Positions 12,534 through 25,297 of a DNA stretch of 64,000 nucleotides are shown in pieces. Origin of the DNA: Tubiluchus corallicola. Its lineage: Eukaryota; Animalia; Priapulida. The stretch spans positions 1 through 64,000 of the forward strand of contig JAQGDQ010000926.1 of the NCBI GenBank assembly GCA_030141605.1, read 5' to 3'. The notes under the pieces are model-generated. The model ran no database searches and was not told the DNA's origin. It saw only the letters and a list, made by a program, of their open reading frames with translations. Every line of letters begins with the position of its first letter. The first letter of the stretch is position 1. The translations under genes and the position numbers were made by a program.

Positions 12534-13305
12534 ATTAGCAACCTGTGGTTAACTGGCACATAGGGCATCAACAGCAGTGACAACAGCAAGTACAGTCTAT
12601 TGCTGAGTTCCAACTATAACTACTGCAACACAACTGACATATAATAATAAATCAGTCAAGATATTTAAATTAAAGCTTTATATCTCTGAACTTGTTTGCA
12701 CTGTAATCTGAGCTACTAAATTTATGTAGCGCTTTCACTTTTAACTAACATTCGAGTTATTTACTCGTCTAACATTGACCTACAACTTAATTATTTACTC
12801 CCAGTATATTGACCATGAGTGGACCTTATTTACCCCTAAACGTCGGTGAAAGCGAACTTGTGTTTGCAAGCTGTAAGCTTTGACTGTGGCATTAAATTTG
12901 TGGACACTTTAGATTTAAAATTTGTCATTGTGTAAAGTTTAAGGTTGCGAAGTGTTTCTCGTCTAACTGTCATGTTTGGCTAATAGGAAGTGCAATGTGT
13001 GTTTTAATCTCATACGGCGTGGGATTGAACAATGAGTCAAGTGTTTTTAGAAGAAAAAGCTCTACAAGTTTAAATGAAAACGTCCACACTTGTACACACA
13101 TGCAACTTAAAACACACTAGATAGGAAAGTTATAAACCTAAGTTACCTAAGTTTCTCTGATCATTTAAAAAAGATTTCGTGATGAATTAAATACCTTTAC
13201 ATGTGCTAGATTTTTATAACAGAATTTTATTTTAACTGTTATTTATTTGAATGTATAATTGCGTATGTAAAAATTGTAAATGCCGCATTAGATTTTTTTA
13301 TTTAG

Positions 13306-13531
13306 AAGTAGCAGAAGCTGTAAAAGTAGTAGTAGCAGCAGGAGTAGTAGTGGTAGTGGTAGTGGTAGTGGTAGTGGTAGTGGTAGTGGTAGTGGTAGTG
13401 GTAGCGGTAGCGGTAGCGGTAGCGGTAGTGGTAGTGGTAGTGGTAGTGGTAGTGGTAGTGGTAGTGGTAGCGGTAGCGGTAGCGGTGGCAGCAGCAGCAG
13501 CAGCAGTCGTAGTAGTAGTAGTAGCAGTAGC

Positions 13532-13596
<65 letters not shown>

Positions 13597-13642
13597 CAGT
13601 AGCAGTAGCAGTAGCAGTAGCAGTAGCAGCAGCAGCAGCAGA
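13306..13642. repeat. Compound (GTA)/(GTAGTG)/(GTAGCG)/(GCA) microsatellite
   Basis: Direct reading; source of the poly-V and poly-L ORFs. Confidence 0.95.
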
Positions 13643-14220
13643 CTAAAAAACAAGGGAAGATCTACAAAAGAATAACTCGGGACTTAATCAATGTTAAAGT
13701 TTTAATAACCTACTTTTTACAAAATACATAGTTGCCTGCTAACGCGAGTTTTCCCATTAAATTAATAAACAAATAATTAACGGCATGATTTATAGTCATA
13801 TTTAGCACATTTCACCATTATCATAATTTATGATTTCATGCAGTTCCGCACTTTGATAAATGTCAGTTGAGAAAAACTCGGCAGTTGAAATATAAATGAT
13901 AGTTGAGGCTAGCGTTGCATAACAAGTTGTATATAACTTGAACTGTATAATATATGTATATATATATTTTATTTGCCGTAATATAGATTACAATAAAATT
14001 ACTTACTATCTTCAGGGTTAAATTATTTTCAATACTAAAACACTGTTAAAGGAAAATGCGTCTTGTGCAAAACTTATAGCTAATAATGCATAAAAATTAA
14101 AACAAAAAGCAATTACATACATAGATACAATAGGTTCACAATACTGTACATACGCACCATTGATAAATAAAGTATGTAATAATAAACGTAGGACAAAATT
14201 TTATATCAACTTATTACAAT

Positions 14221-14785
14221 AGACACATAATACATGACACAATGCATAAGTACAGTGCAATAAGTCAAACACATAATACATAACACAATACACAAGTACA
14301 GTACAGTAAGTCAAACACATAATACATGACACAATGCACAAGTACAGTACAATAAGTCAAACACATAATACATAACACAATACACAAGTACAGTACAATA
14401 AGTCAAACACATAATACATGACACAATGCACAAGTACAGTACAATAAGTCTAAACACATAATACATGACACAATGCACAAGTACAGTACAATAAGTCAAA
14501 CACATAATACATAACACAATACACAAGTACAGTACAGTAAGTCAAACACATAATACATGACACAATGCACAAGTACAGTACAATAAGTCAAACACATAAT
14601 ACATGACACAATGCACAAGTACAGTACAATAAGTCAAACACATAATACATGACACAATGCACAAGTACAGTACAATAAGTCAAACACATAATACATTACA
14701 CAATACACAAGTACAGTACAATAAGTCAAACACATAATACATAACACAATACATATAGGTACAAAACAATAAGTAAGATACATAA
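14221..14785. repeat. Minisatellite, 46-bp unit, about 12 copies
   Basis: Unit AAACACATAATACATGACACAATGCACAAGTACAGTACAATAAGTC. Confidence 0.95.
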
Positions 14786-15864
14786 TAAACGTTAAGGCAA
14801 AACTTTCATCAATTACCACAATACATACATTCAGTTCTTCACATGTATTTTACATTTAACAGGATGTAGTAAAAATGGAGACACCTTTTTCTTAACAGCT
14901 GCTTAATTGTGTAATTTAGGATAGTGGCCATTTCTTGTCATTAATTAGTTTGCATAATAAATACGCTACTAATTTGATACAAATGAGGTCGCTGCTATTT
15001 GTAGAAATGGAAGCTTTCTTTTTGTTGTTTATCAAGTAATTACGCGTGTAAGCAATCTTTCTTTCCCTGGCACTTATAACAGATAGTCTCTCCTTATTTT
15101 CAGTTCTCTCTGGCATTCCCCAAATTTAGAAATTTCGATCGTGTTCTGAACGCACAGTTGACCCTGTTTCTGTGTGTTAGCTTGTTATACCAACGTCGCG
15201 ACACTGCGCCAAATGTTGCCCCAAATAACTTGTTTGCATGTTTATTTATGAAGAATTTACAAACAGACGCTTATATTTCCTACAGACATCTGTTCAAGAC
15301 ACAAAGGTTTTCAGATTTCAGCTTACGTCTGTGTTGATAAACATGATATTTTATGCCTTGACATGTGTTTTGGTCACCGAAACTGACACGAGGGGGTTAG
15401 GGTACATCTTCCTCTCTTTGCTGATTAGACTCTCAAAATTTCACCGCCTAGATGTGAATGCGACCTGCCATGAGAAGTCATCAGAAGGGTCATTGCGTAA
15501 CGGAATTCCATCTTTGAATTTGACAGAGATATCAAGTGAAAGGAACATTCGTGAATGTAAAATTTTCATACATGCCGTAAAGGAAATAATCGTGTAAGAA
15601 GGTATTCGAATGCCGATAACTAACGTTGCAAAGATTAGTCTACATAAATATTCTGTCTTCTTGTTTTGACTGAAACATTATTGTAAGGTATAACTTTAAG
15701 TAGGGTAGAATTAATGACAATTGTGTGTGAATTTTCATACATTGTTTTTCATGACTTTAAGCCTGCATTCAGAACGCTTTTTTTTGTTTAAACTCTCCAG
15801 CTTAGTAGATTCCTGTTTTAATTTGGTGTAGTCATATTTAACCCTTTTATGTATATATATACAT

Positions 15865-15912
15865 AAAATGAACACAATTATATAACATTAACATAAACAA
15901 TTATTTATTACA

Positions 15913-15947
<35 letters not shown>

Positions 15948-15992
15948 AATAAATAATTGTTTGTGTTAATGTTATATGATTGTGTTCATTTT
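15865..15992. repeat. (TA)n-centred palindrome with about 48-bp unique arms
   Basis: Left arm AAAATGAACACAATTATATAACATTAACATAAACAATTATTTATTACA is the reverse complement of 15945-15992 with 2 mismatches. Confidence 0.9.
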
Positions 15993-16999
15993 TATCATAC
16001 GCATGACTTTTACCAAATTTTTATAGTTTTGAAACGTCTGTGAAGAAATTAACATTTTTCTCTTAGTAAATAAATTTGAAATAAATAGACTTGAAATAAA
16101 TTTTATTGATTTTTCTACGGTCGCTGATTACAGCGATCATGGAATGAATGAGCGGCGGAATGGAGATCAAAGCGGTGTGAAGTTTGAAAAGACCCGTCCT
16201 TCTAGTTTGCCATTTCCCCACCATCATTGGAGTAACTCCTCTATTGACATAACCTTCGAGTGACAAAACTGAATTTGGTCACATTAAAAATAGTCACTGA
16301 TTTCGGTCATTTTTAGCACCTGTGCTTGAACATATTTGGAAAGCATCCTTCGCGCACCTGAGTTTTTGTTGTCTGACGCGCGAGTAATGCGTTAATTAAC
16401 GTTGACATACGACACCTGTCAAACTTTAAACCAGTATTCACAGCTCGGCTAGGTAAATTTCTTAGCTCAGAGGCAAGGGTTTTGACCTTTTTGATAAAAA
16501 TAAGACAAATTCCTTGGTGTCATAGTGGAGATTTGGTACTGATGTTTTCCTAAGCGTTCACCGTTGAGCTGTGGAGTTTAAGAACTAATTATGTCCCCCG
16601 TTTCCTTGAGCTTGTGTGGTCTACCTAGTCTACGAACTCTTCTTATTGGAGTTCATTTCAAATGGAACTGAGGCAACGTTGTCAACGGAAATATTACGTT
16701 TAATGATGGTTAAAACTGAAGTAGTGATTAAACATCATCATCATCATACGCCCGTCACGTCTATTGGGCAGGTAGAATTCTAAAATAAAAGAAATCTGCC
16801 TTCAGCCAGGTAAATGCAACAGTAATCCAGTGGCTTGTCAGCACCACTTCCGCTAAAGTGATTATTATTGATAGTGATTAAACAAGGTGAAAATGTTTGT
16901 GCAAATAAGGGAAATTTTTAGGACTGGATATTTTTTGTGTTTTTGTCATAGACTTGACGTAAGGATTTCGTCACAATTTTCGTGTAGTACTGTGACAAA

Positions 17000-17700
17000 C
17001 CGTCGGTCGCCAAATGTTTTTTTTGTTGATTATGTCGTTGAAGATTATAAGATTCGAGGCTACAGCTCCGACGACGGCACCATTTGCGGCGATCTATACA
17101 TCAAACGAAAGGTCTCGATCTAGTGTCGTGCCATTGGGGGTTTATTTTTCGAATCGGGCCCGCCGGCAGGAACGGGGGGGGAGGCGAAAAACCTCCAAAA
17201 CGATTATATCGTTAGCTGAAAGTATTAAAATATCTTTTTTCCACATGCACTACATTAGTCTAATAATTTCACAAATCTCTGCATTTTACTTATAAATTAA
17301 TTTTCTCGTTCATTTGTTAAATATAAACTTGAATAAATACAGCAGCACAACTACGTGGAAAAATCCCCCGGGGTGGTTGCGTTATATAAAAGGCCCCGGT
17401 TTATCCCCTTCGTAGAGCTAATCCGATTTCACTCGGTCATTTATCTTCCCCCTCCACGCGCATGCGCGCATCTCTCACCTCCCGCGGACGATATTAGCAA
17501 AGCTCTGTGGCACTCGGCGTGCTCGGGGAGAAGTTTACATGCCTGCCGTTTGCTTTTGTGTTTGCTTATCGTCTCCATACTTGCGCTGGTGCAGTTAAAC
17601 TTAAAACAATCAAGGTCAGGCGTGACCGCCACAGATGGACAGGAGGTGACCTTCGCTGTGTTTTATTGTGTCGCTCCTTTCTCGTTTTTGTTGTAAAACT
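17000..17700 (+). promoter_or_regulatory. CpG-enriched candidate promoter for the 18322 exon
   Basis: Local GC/CpG enrichment, TATATAAAAG at 17383-17392 and NRF1-type palindrome GCGCATGCGC at 17458-17467, about 0.9 kb upstream of the 18322 ATG. Confidence 0.4.
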
Positions 17701-18321
17701 GAATACGGATTGCTTTCAGAATTCTTAGCGTGAAACGTTCAAGTGAAAGTGATATCTTGTGTTGGTATTACGTAATTAAAACTATCGCGTGAACTTCTTT
17801 TTGGGAAACAGGAATAGAAGAATTTGAGGTTTTCCCAGTGTTGTGTTACGTACAGTGCAATGTTAGAACACGTAAGCGATAAAATCTTTTGCAAAAACTT
17901 GAATCGTGTAAATTTACGATAAATAAAAGTTTGATATCGCGTAATTTCGCATCTGGTATCAGAAAAAAGGGTTGCCGTTCGCTGCCGTCGAAGATTTTTA
18001 AAATAAAGTACTTTTGTATTTGGAAATAAAATTGTTGTGTTTGTACATATGTGCATTTCAGTGGTTTCACATTTGATTGTGTAGTGTTTTGTACTTCCCG
18101 TATTGGTTCTTCTACGAGGTTTCACAAGCAGTTGCACAGTTGACGTTCCTGCTGAAGTTTGAAGTAATCGCATACGTAGATGAATACCATGCAAACTGGT
18201 TAAAAGACACCATGTTTTAATATTATCCATTATTTCTGGATGAAAAGTGTTTCTAGTGTTATGGTGAGAATCTACTAGACGTGTTTCTTGTGTTATCTAC
18301 CATGGTTCAGTCACTATCATA

Positions 18322-18817
18322 ATGTTAGGTTCAGTCGACTACCATCGCAAGAACTTCATTCCAATCCTCGTCACCCCGATGCCGCCTCCTCAAGACACTT
18401 TGGGGTACATTGCCAGGGAGTTGGACAAGATGTCCAGTAGCAGCAGTGGTTCGGACCACAGCCTCCCGGTAGCAGCGCAGAGAACAGAGCAGTCATTGGG
18501 GACCCGGCGCAAGGTTCCTCAATGTAATACGATGAACGGAAGTCTTAACGATAGCGGTTACTACAGTGACATGTCACCCGTTTCACCTCCCGGAGGTGCC
18601 ACGCACAGATCGGTAGCCTCTCTGCTTGGAGGGGCTACGCAATACAATGCCAGGTCACCAGTCTTGCCACCAGGGTGTGCCAGAAATGGGTATGGTACCT
18701 TACCGTTGCCAAAAAAGAGCGTTCAGTTTGCTATGCCAAGGAAAAGTCGGGATGACGCCAGCCTGACACCTGGCGGAGAAGTAGTGACTCATGCTAGTCG
18801 TTGGGCTGCTTACAAAG
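18322..18817 (+). CDS. CLASP: CLASP alternative N-terminal (or large cassette) exon, 165 aa
   Basis: GC-rich non-repetitive ORF ending AAA G|GTGGGT (phase 1). It joins exon 28533 in frame (...WAAYK-V-STKSDDSTD...). No homology recognised for the peptide itself. Confidence 0.65.
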
Positions 18818-21039
18818 GTGGGTCATTTTGAAAATTGGGCTTCTGATTTGAATTAAGCTACTGGACAGGCCACGTTGAGCTTGTTTGCATTTGCTAGTCA
18901 CTGCCCTGCTTACAAAAGTGGATTCAATTATTTAGGATTGTGCGTCCGTGTAGAACATGCTGGTTTGATTGGACTTCTGTACATAACTGGCTTCGTTAAG
19001 TCTTGTTTAGTTTATAACAGCAGATGGACGTGAGTTCAAGCAGACTCTTGAACCATGGCCAGGGCCTGCGTGAAGTAATGCTACTGTGTTCTCGTTTAGT
19101 GGCCTGAGAGAAGGGTGGTACTGCTTTTGGAAGGGATGGAACGCTTGGGGTTTTTGCTCTAACGCTAGGATATAATTATGTAACACTAGACAAAGATAGA
19201 TACATTATTCGGTTGGATAGGTAGATAATCACATTTTCATATTTTAAGAAAATTGTCTAATGTGCTTTCATATTTTAAGAAAATTGTCTAATGTGCGAAG
19301 CGAGTCTCTCTTTCGCTCTCACTTTCTCCCCTCTTTTGCACTCCCTTTCTCGCTCCTCTCTCTTTCTCTCTTGCTCTTTAAATCATTCTTTAATGCAGCT
19401 GACGAAATATTTCAGTTTGATAAAAATGGCTTTTACAGACTGTGCCGTGGACGTAAATTTATGTAAATTTGCGTAACTAAGAAGTACAACAATAATGAGG
19501 CATCCCGAGCTTAAGCCTGCCAGCCATCTGCGCTTGTAAAAAAAGCGTAATTGATTTTGTAAATTTCTTCCTTCAATGCTAATCAAGGCTCGAACTCGCT
19601 GCCTTGACTCATTTAACAGCAATGGCGGAAAATCTGTTCAGTTAGTTTAAACGCGGCGGCGGCTGCCAAATGCCTCCAAAGCTATAATTATAATTAAGTA
19701 ATATTCACTGAATAATCTAATTACGTAGTAGATGCATTTTATGCTTTCATGACTTTACTTTACGCACCACCCACAACACAATAGATTAACTCATGTGTAT
19801 TTTAATAGCAAAACAGTCTGGAATAAAAGAGAGAAAATAAGTAAATTAAAAACTAAAATACTCGCGCTCAGGCCGGTGAATTTAAATGTGGCAAATTCGT
19901 AATGAATTATGAATTTATTCCACAGCAACTCAAACATACATATAAATTGATATAACATTGAAATAAATTGATATAACATTGAAATAAACTATGCGAGTTA
20001 CTGTGAGGAGGGGGAAGGAGCATTGAGCTTTCGAGTCCTCCTCCAGATAAGTGAAACAATTGACAATTAACATTACATTTTCATCAGTTATAACGTGCAT
20101 TAGAACAAAATAAGTTTTGTCAGTAACTTAAGATCAGGATGAGTAAAATTGTGAGTTAATTATACCGCTGTAGTAGGTAATTCTTTGATGCTTTTTTTAA
20201 TTGATAAAGATTAAGAGTTTTCATTTCACGCGGAATTGATGACCATATTTTAATAGCATTATATTTTGATGACTGTTTCATTATATTTGTTTTTGGAAGG
20301 GGGTGTACATAGTAATAATTAAATTTACAATAATTATGCTGTATTAACTGAAATTACAATTCTCTGGATAATGGAAAATTTTCACAATTGATTACAAGTT
20401 TATGTTGATGGCAACCTTACTTTAAAGAAACATGCATGACTACGCATATAGGATATGTTGCACAATTTCATGGCTGACCACACGCATCTGCCATTTGCCT
20501 CCACTTACTTAAGACTTGATCTTCTCTAAATCATGGACCGCCGTCCTCCTCATAAACCTGTTTCCTTGTGAGTCTTTTATTCACTTGTCAACTGCATTAG
20601 GAAGAGTCGTATGGTTAAGTAAAAAAAACTGCTCATTATAACAGCGTGTCGTCTTCAAACGCAGCCTGGGCGGGAGAAGATAAATACTGGACTTAGCGCG
20701 TCTGATAGTATCTTAAGATTTTACACAGAAGCTGGTCGGTAATTTTGTTCCTGGCAGTTTTTTTGGCTGCCACAGTCAATTACTGTAATAATAATTTGTA
20801 ATAATCTTTTTTGTGTTTCGATCCTGCTTGCTTATGCCTTTGACAGTTCTTTTCTGTAGGTATTTTCTTATAAACTGTATCCTGCTTTTTATTATAAGCG
20901 CTGATTCTCGTTTTTGTATTATCGTTTTCTTCCTTCCATCCTCTTGTTCTCTCGTTCCCGCTCACCCTCCTTTCTCTCTGTTTTGCTTTCTTCTTGTCAT
21001 TTGCACTCTTTCGCTCTCACTTTCTTTCTCTCCTCTTTT

Positions 21040-21220
21040 GCACTCTCTTTCTCGCTCCCCCTCTTTCTTTCTCTGTCAAATCTCTGTCTTTTACTCTCTT
21101 TCCCTCCCCTCTCTCTGTCTCTCTCCATCCCCTCTCATTGTATCATTTTCTCTTCCCTCTCTCTCTCTCTCTCTCCTTCCTCCTGTGATGTTTTCTCCTT
21201 TCCCTCTATTTCTCTGTCAC

Positions 21221-21315
<95 letters not shown>

Positions 21316-21358
21316 TCCTCCTGTGATGTTTTCTCCTTTCCCTCTATTTCTCTGTCAC

Positions 21359-21454
<96 letters not shown>

Positions 21455-21500
21455 TCCTCCTGTGATGTTTTCTCCTTTCCCTCTATTTCTCTGTCACCCT

Positions 21501-21567
<67 letters not shown>
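21040..21567. repeat. (CT)n microsatellite with a triplicated ~50-bp pyrimidine-rich spacer
   Basis: CCTTCCTCCTGTGATGTTTTCTCCTTTCCCTCTATTTCTCTGTCACCCTT occurs three times between CT runs. Confidence 0.92.
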
Positions 21568-21570
<3 letters not shown>

Positions 21571-22009
21571 ACCGTCTCACTGCCACGTCACCCTTCACCT
21601 TGTAAACAGAATCTGACAGCATGTTCAATATTTACTTTAAATTACCAGTCAGTCTTGCATATCAGAAGTAATATTTTAATCTCATTTGTCACTTGTAATC
21701 CTCACACATTAACTTCGTCTTTTCAACTCGTTTTTCTATTGGTTATGTCTGGGTGGAGCTCCGAGATTATTGATTTTTGAGAGATTACCACTTGTACCTG
21801 CAACGCACGCACTGTCTTGAGATAAATAACAATTTTTATTTGCATTGCATTCCTAGCAGTTTGGAATTTTGTCGTTTTTTTTCTAAATTGTAGATTATCG
21901 CATTCTTTCAGTCATTTGATAACTCTTCCTACCTGCATTTATCCAGTATAATACCTGAGATAGTTCCATAATCGTAAGCCTACGTATTTACAGCGCTGGA
22001 TACTAGTGT

Positions 22010-22260
22010 AGCAGGCGGGAGATAGGCTGATTGGTTGTGGGGCGTGTTTTGCAATGCTTAACCATTTAAAGGAAAACTGTAACCAATCATTAAATTATAG
22101 GTCAAGACAATATTGAAAGGGAAGATGATTTCGCCATTCGATAGTTAGATGTGCGCTAGCGCCTGCAACTCGAAAATGCGTTACAAAAAAAGCAGGCGCT
22201 GTACCTCTCACTTGAGAGGTGTTTGGTTGTGACGTAGAGCATACTTTCGACAGCAGTAAA
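22010..22260. promoter_or_regulatory. Candidate promoter-like motif cluster
   Basis: CTGATTGGTT (about 22027), GGGGCGTG (22039), AACCAATCA (22081) and TGACGT (22230) within a CpG-containing patch. Confidence 0.3.
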
Positions 22261-22530
22261 CTTAAAAGTTGAATTTTAAACTTGAAGTTTGTCGAGTTTT
22301 GGTATATTACACTGACTGTCGTACATTAGCACTGTACTTCAATTTTTGTTTAAAATCGCAAACGCGTGCAATACGTTCAGAGCTGTTGTTTGGTTTGTTT
22401 GTGTCTGGAATGTTTGAGCTGTTGAAAATTACTTTCATTTGTGATGTCATCACTAGTTGGGCTACCCCGCCAATAATAAAGTTTTTGACATATTAATTAT
22501 CAGAAACGCTTTGCATTATTATAAGGTGTA

Positions 22531-22806
22531 AAAGCACAAGAAAATCCTTCATAAACATAAAGCTTGAAAAATTCGTCTTGAAATTTTATATCACTTACGT
22601 ACTGCCTTTTTGCGTGCAGGACTTCAATCGGCAGTAACGCTGTATAGAACATGTAAATTTAAACGCCCACGATGACCGTTAGACGCTGCCATGTTGACGA
22701 CAGGTCATTTGAAACAAGTTTAGATAACATTGTGTAAAGTTTGAAAAAAATAATCAGAACATTCGTAATACACACGTCACTAAGCGAGTAAAATTTTAAA
22801 TTACTT
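22531..22806 (+). repeat. Old dispersed repeat, copy 2
   Basis: Colinear with 1142-1415. Confidence 0.7.
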
Positions 22807-23209
22807 GAGGCGCTTGAGTGAAGTGGCTTATATAGGCTAGTTACCCATCTATAAATAGGTTTCCATTCCTTTGTAGTGAAATTCTCATATGGTGTCAATG
22901 TGTCTGGCTTCCTCGTGTTACATTCATCGTTCAAGCATTCGCTCCAGGGCTTCATTCGAGGGTTTCTCCGCGCTGCCCCCCCCCCCGCCTGCCTGCCTGT
23001 AATATTTACTTGCTTTTGCATTTCATACATGGCAGTGGGGAGCGGGCATGTTGGCCTACGTTAAACGTTTGAAGTTCTTTTTCACTGTGATAGATTTTTT
23101 CAGTTTCTTTTGCTTCCACTTTACAAAATGTCGTAATCACCAAGATAGATGAATCAGAAATTGATATTTCTGAGGAGAATTTTGGTTGAATTATAGGAAA
23201 AACACAAAC

Positions 23210-23468
23210 TAAAGACGAAAACAAACAACATTTATTTACTGTTGCTCTTTTAACAAACAACATTAGCACTAAAGGCTATTTAGCGACTTACACTTAAGGT
23301 AAGGACAGGTAAGGACACAGCACAGGTAACAAGGCAGGTAAGGACACAACACACAAAATTTATAACGAATAATGTGCAGGTTATAAGCCCTAGCGTTGGC
23401 AGCTGCTAGACTCGAACTCAAGACTGTCTGGTGGCAGTCTCAAGTCTAGACCACTCGGTCACTCAACT
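23210..23468 (-). mobile_element. Probable degenerate tRNA-derived SINE
   Basis: The minus strand reads TGACCGAGTGG (A box) ... GAGTTCGAGTCT (B box) at tRNA-like spacing, then GTTGTGTCCTT and TGTAAGTCGCT motifs and an AATAAA/TTGT tail. Confidence 0.55.
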
Positions 23469-24838
23469 CTGAACAAAACTGTGTCAACACTGCATTGTAT
23501 ACTAGAGGATTGTGCCTAGGAAAAATACAAGTAAATTTGCAACTATATGCATTCCAGTGTACTCCATACTCCATATTAGCTAGTTGCAGTGTTGTAGGAA
23601 CTGTTTACTGTGATAAGACTGTGTGGTTTTCATAACGCGCTTTTGCTCTTGATTGTAAAAGGGTAGATCTGAAATTTGTCGATCGAACCATAGATTTTGC
23701 CGCTAAAACAGTTATTTTCATGTTTTTACTTCCCGGTAGATGGCACTGTGCGCATGCGCCTGAATTGATTTCTCCTTTTATGACAAGGTGCCTTCTTCAC
23801 TGTCTTGTTATCTGTGCCTATTTGAGGTAGAGATTAGAACGTGCATTTCACTCAACCCCACTTAACCTGTTGTTAGGAAAGCTAATAAAGGAGAGGGCTA
23901 TACGGAGGGTGCACTTGTTGCTTCTTGCTTGCCGTAGCCGTAAGTGACGTTACGAACGTTTGCATTCTCTACGGCAATTTTAGTGTCTTAGTGAAAAGTT
24001 TAGTATTTATTTCGAGAATTAGTAAGTCAATTGTCCAGTTAGTCCACATGTAATGTGGGTGATTCATCAGAAATATGGAGTGTCCGCCAGAATTTAGTAC
24101 TGTATGGATTTCACTGAACCCCCTCTGTTAGGCAAGCTAAGAAAAGAGAGGGTTTGGTGGAGGGTAATTCTACCAACATCATTCATTTGTTGCTCAAAAT
24201 TTTTAAACGTCACTACGTAAGATATAAACGATGCTACAGACAAAATGTACATTTATTTTATTTGCTGTATAATATTATTTATCGTAATTTGATAAATCGC
24301 TTTAATTATGGTAGAATTCCACGAGGTCCTAGGAAATTAAGTTCGCACAATTTGTAAAAAAATTCCTTTAAAAATGTACAGAACATTGACATACCCGTTT
24401 AGCAATGTGAAAATGGTATTGTTGTACATTGTTTTGTGAAAACGTTCCTCGACATGTTTCCTAGCTGTTAATAGATGGCAGCACTTTGTGAGAAATTTTT
24501 GTAAGCCATGTAGAAACGCAATACTTTCGATGTGAAATGCAGCAGCCGATTTTATGGGTAGTTAAACTTAATAAATATTGTATAATATTTGTGTGCGGAA
24601 TGTTGGGATTGAGACAACTCCCCCCCCCCCCCCAAGTATTTTCACAGCAAACTGACTTAATCGAGTAAAAATATCATAAGATTCTGTAAAAGATATATTC
24701 GTGTTCATTAATAAGTAAGATTAGCAAGTTATGTTATAAGTTATATTTCTGAACGCGCTGGCTACATAGTACTTACATATACAACAATAGGGGGTCTAAA
24801 CAGTAAATACCCAAAAATCGCGATCTTCACACTCTTAA

Positions 24839-25297
24839 CCCTTTCATACCCGTTGTATCCCATGGGATACGAGAATATTTCCTGCCTTTAAAATTAATAA
24901 AATTTTAAAACTGACAGTTATTTGATCTGTTAATAGTTATTTTGATATAAGCTAATAACAATAGACTAAAAATGGTGATAAAATTGCAAACTAGAAAAAC
25001 TTCATAGCATAAAAAACTGCGCAAGGTACAGTACTTTAGAGACGACTTTGTACAGATCAACATAGCATGCATACTAAGTGTCTTAAATACTTTAAAAAAT
25101 TATCAACAGTTGCAAAATGAAGCACATTTTATGCTTCCATTGAATCCCAATGTATCCCGTGGGATACAGGCTATATTTAGCACACGGGCACAGGTAGAAA
25201 AAATAATTATTATGTGTAAACAAGATGGACATACTGAACAGAAGTGCCAAGCCAAAATAAATTTTCTTATTAAAAAAATAATTTGGGACTGAAAGGG
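24839..25297 (+). mobile_element. piggyBac-like MITE, family A copy 1 (complete)
   Basis: TTAA|CCCTTTCA ... TGAAAGGG|TTAA; highly similar to 35535-35997 and 62556-63005. Confidence 0.9.

Noticed and set aside
20813-21616. 267-aa and 183-aa Leu/Ser-rich ORFs (similar ones at 34089-34592 and 60468-60836)
   Set aside because: Stop-free only because of (CT)n tracts.
23865-24166. Two ~40-bp similar segments (TGTTAGG.AAGCTAA.AAA.GAGAGGG...GGAGGGT)
   Set aside because: A real but short, diverged local duplication with no structure or function I can infer.
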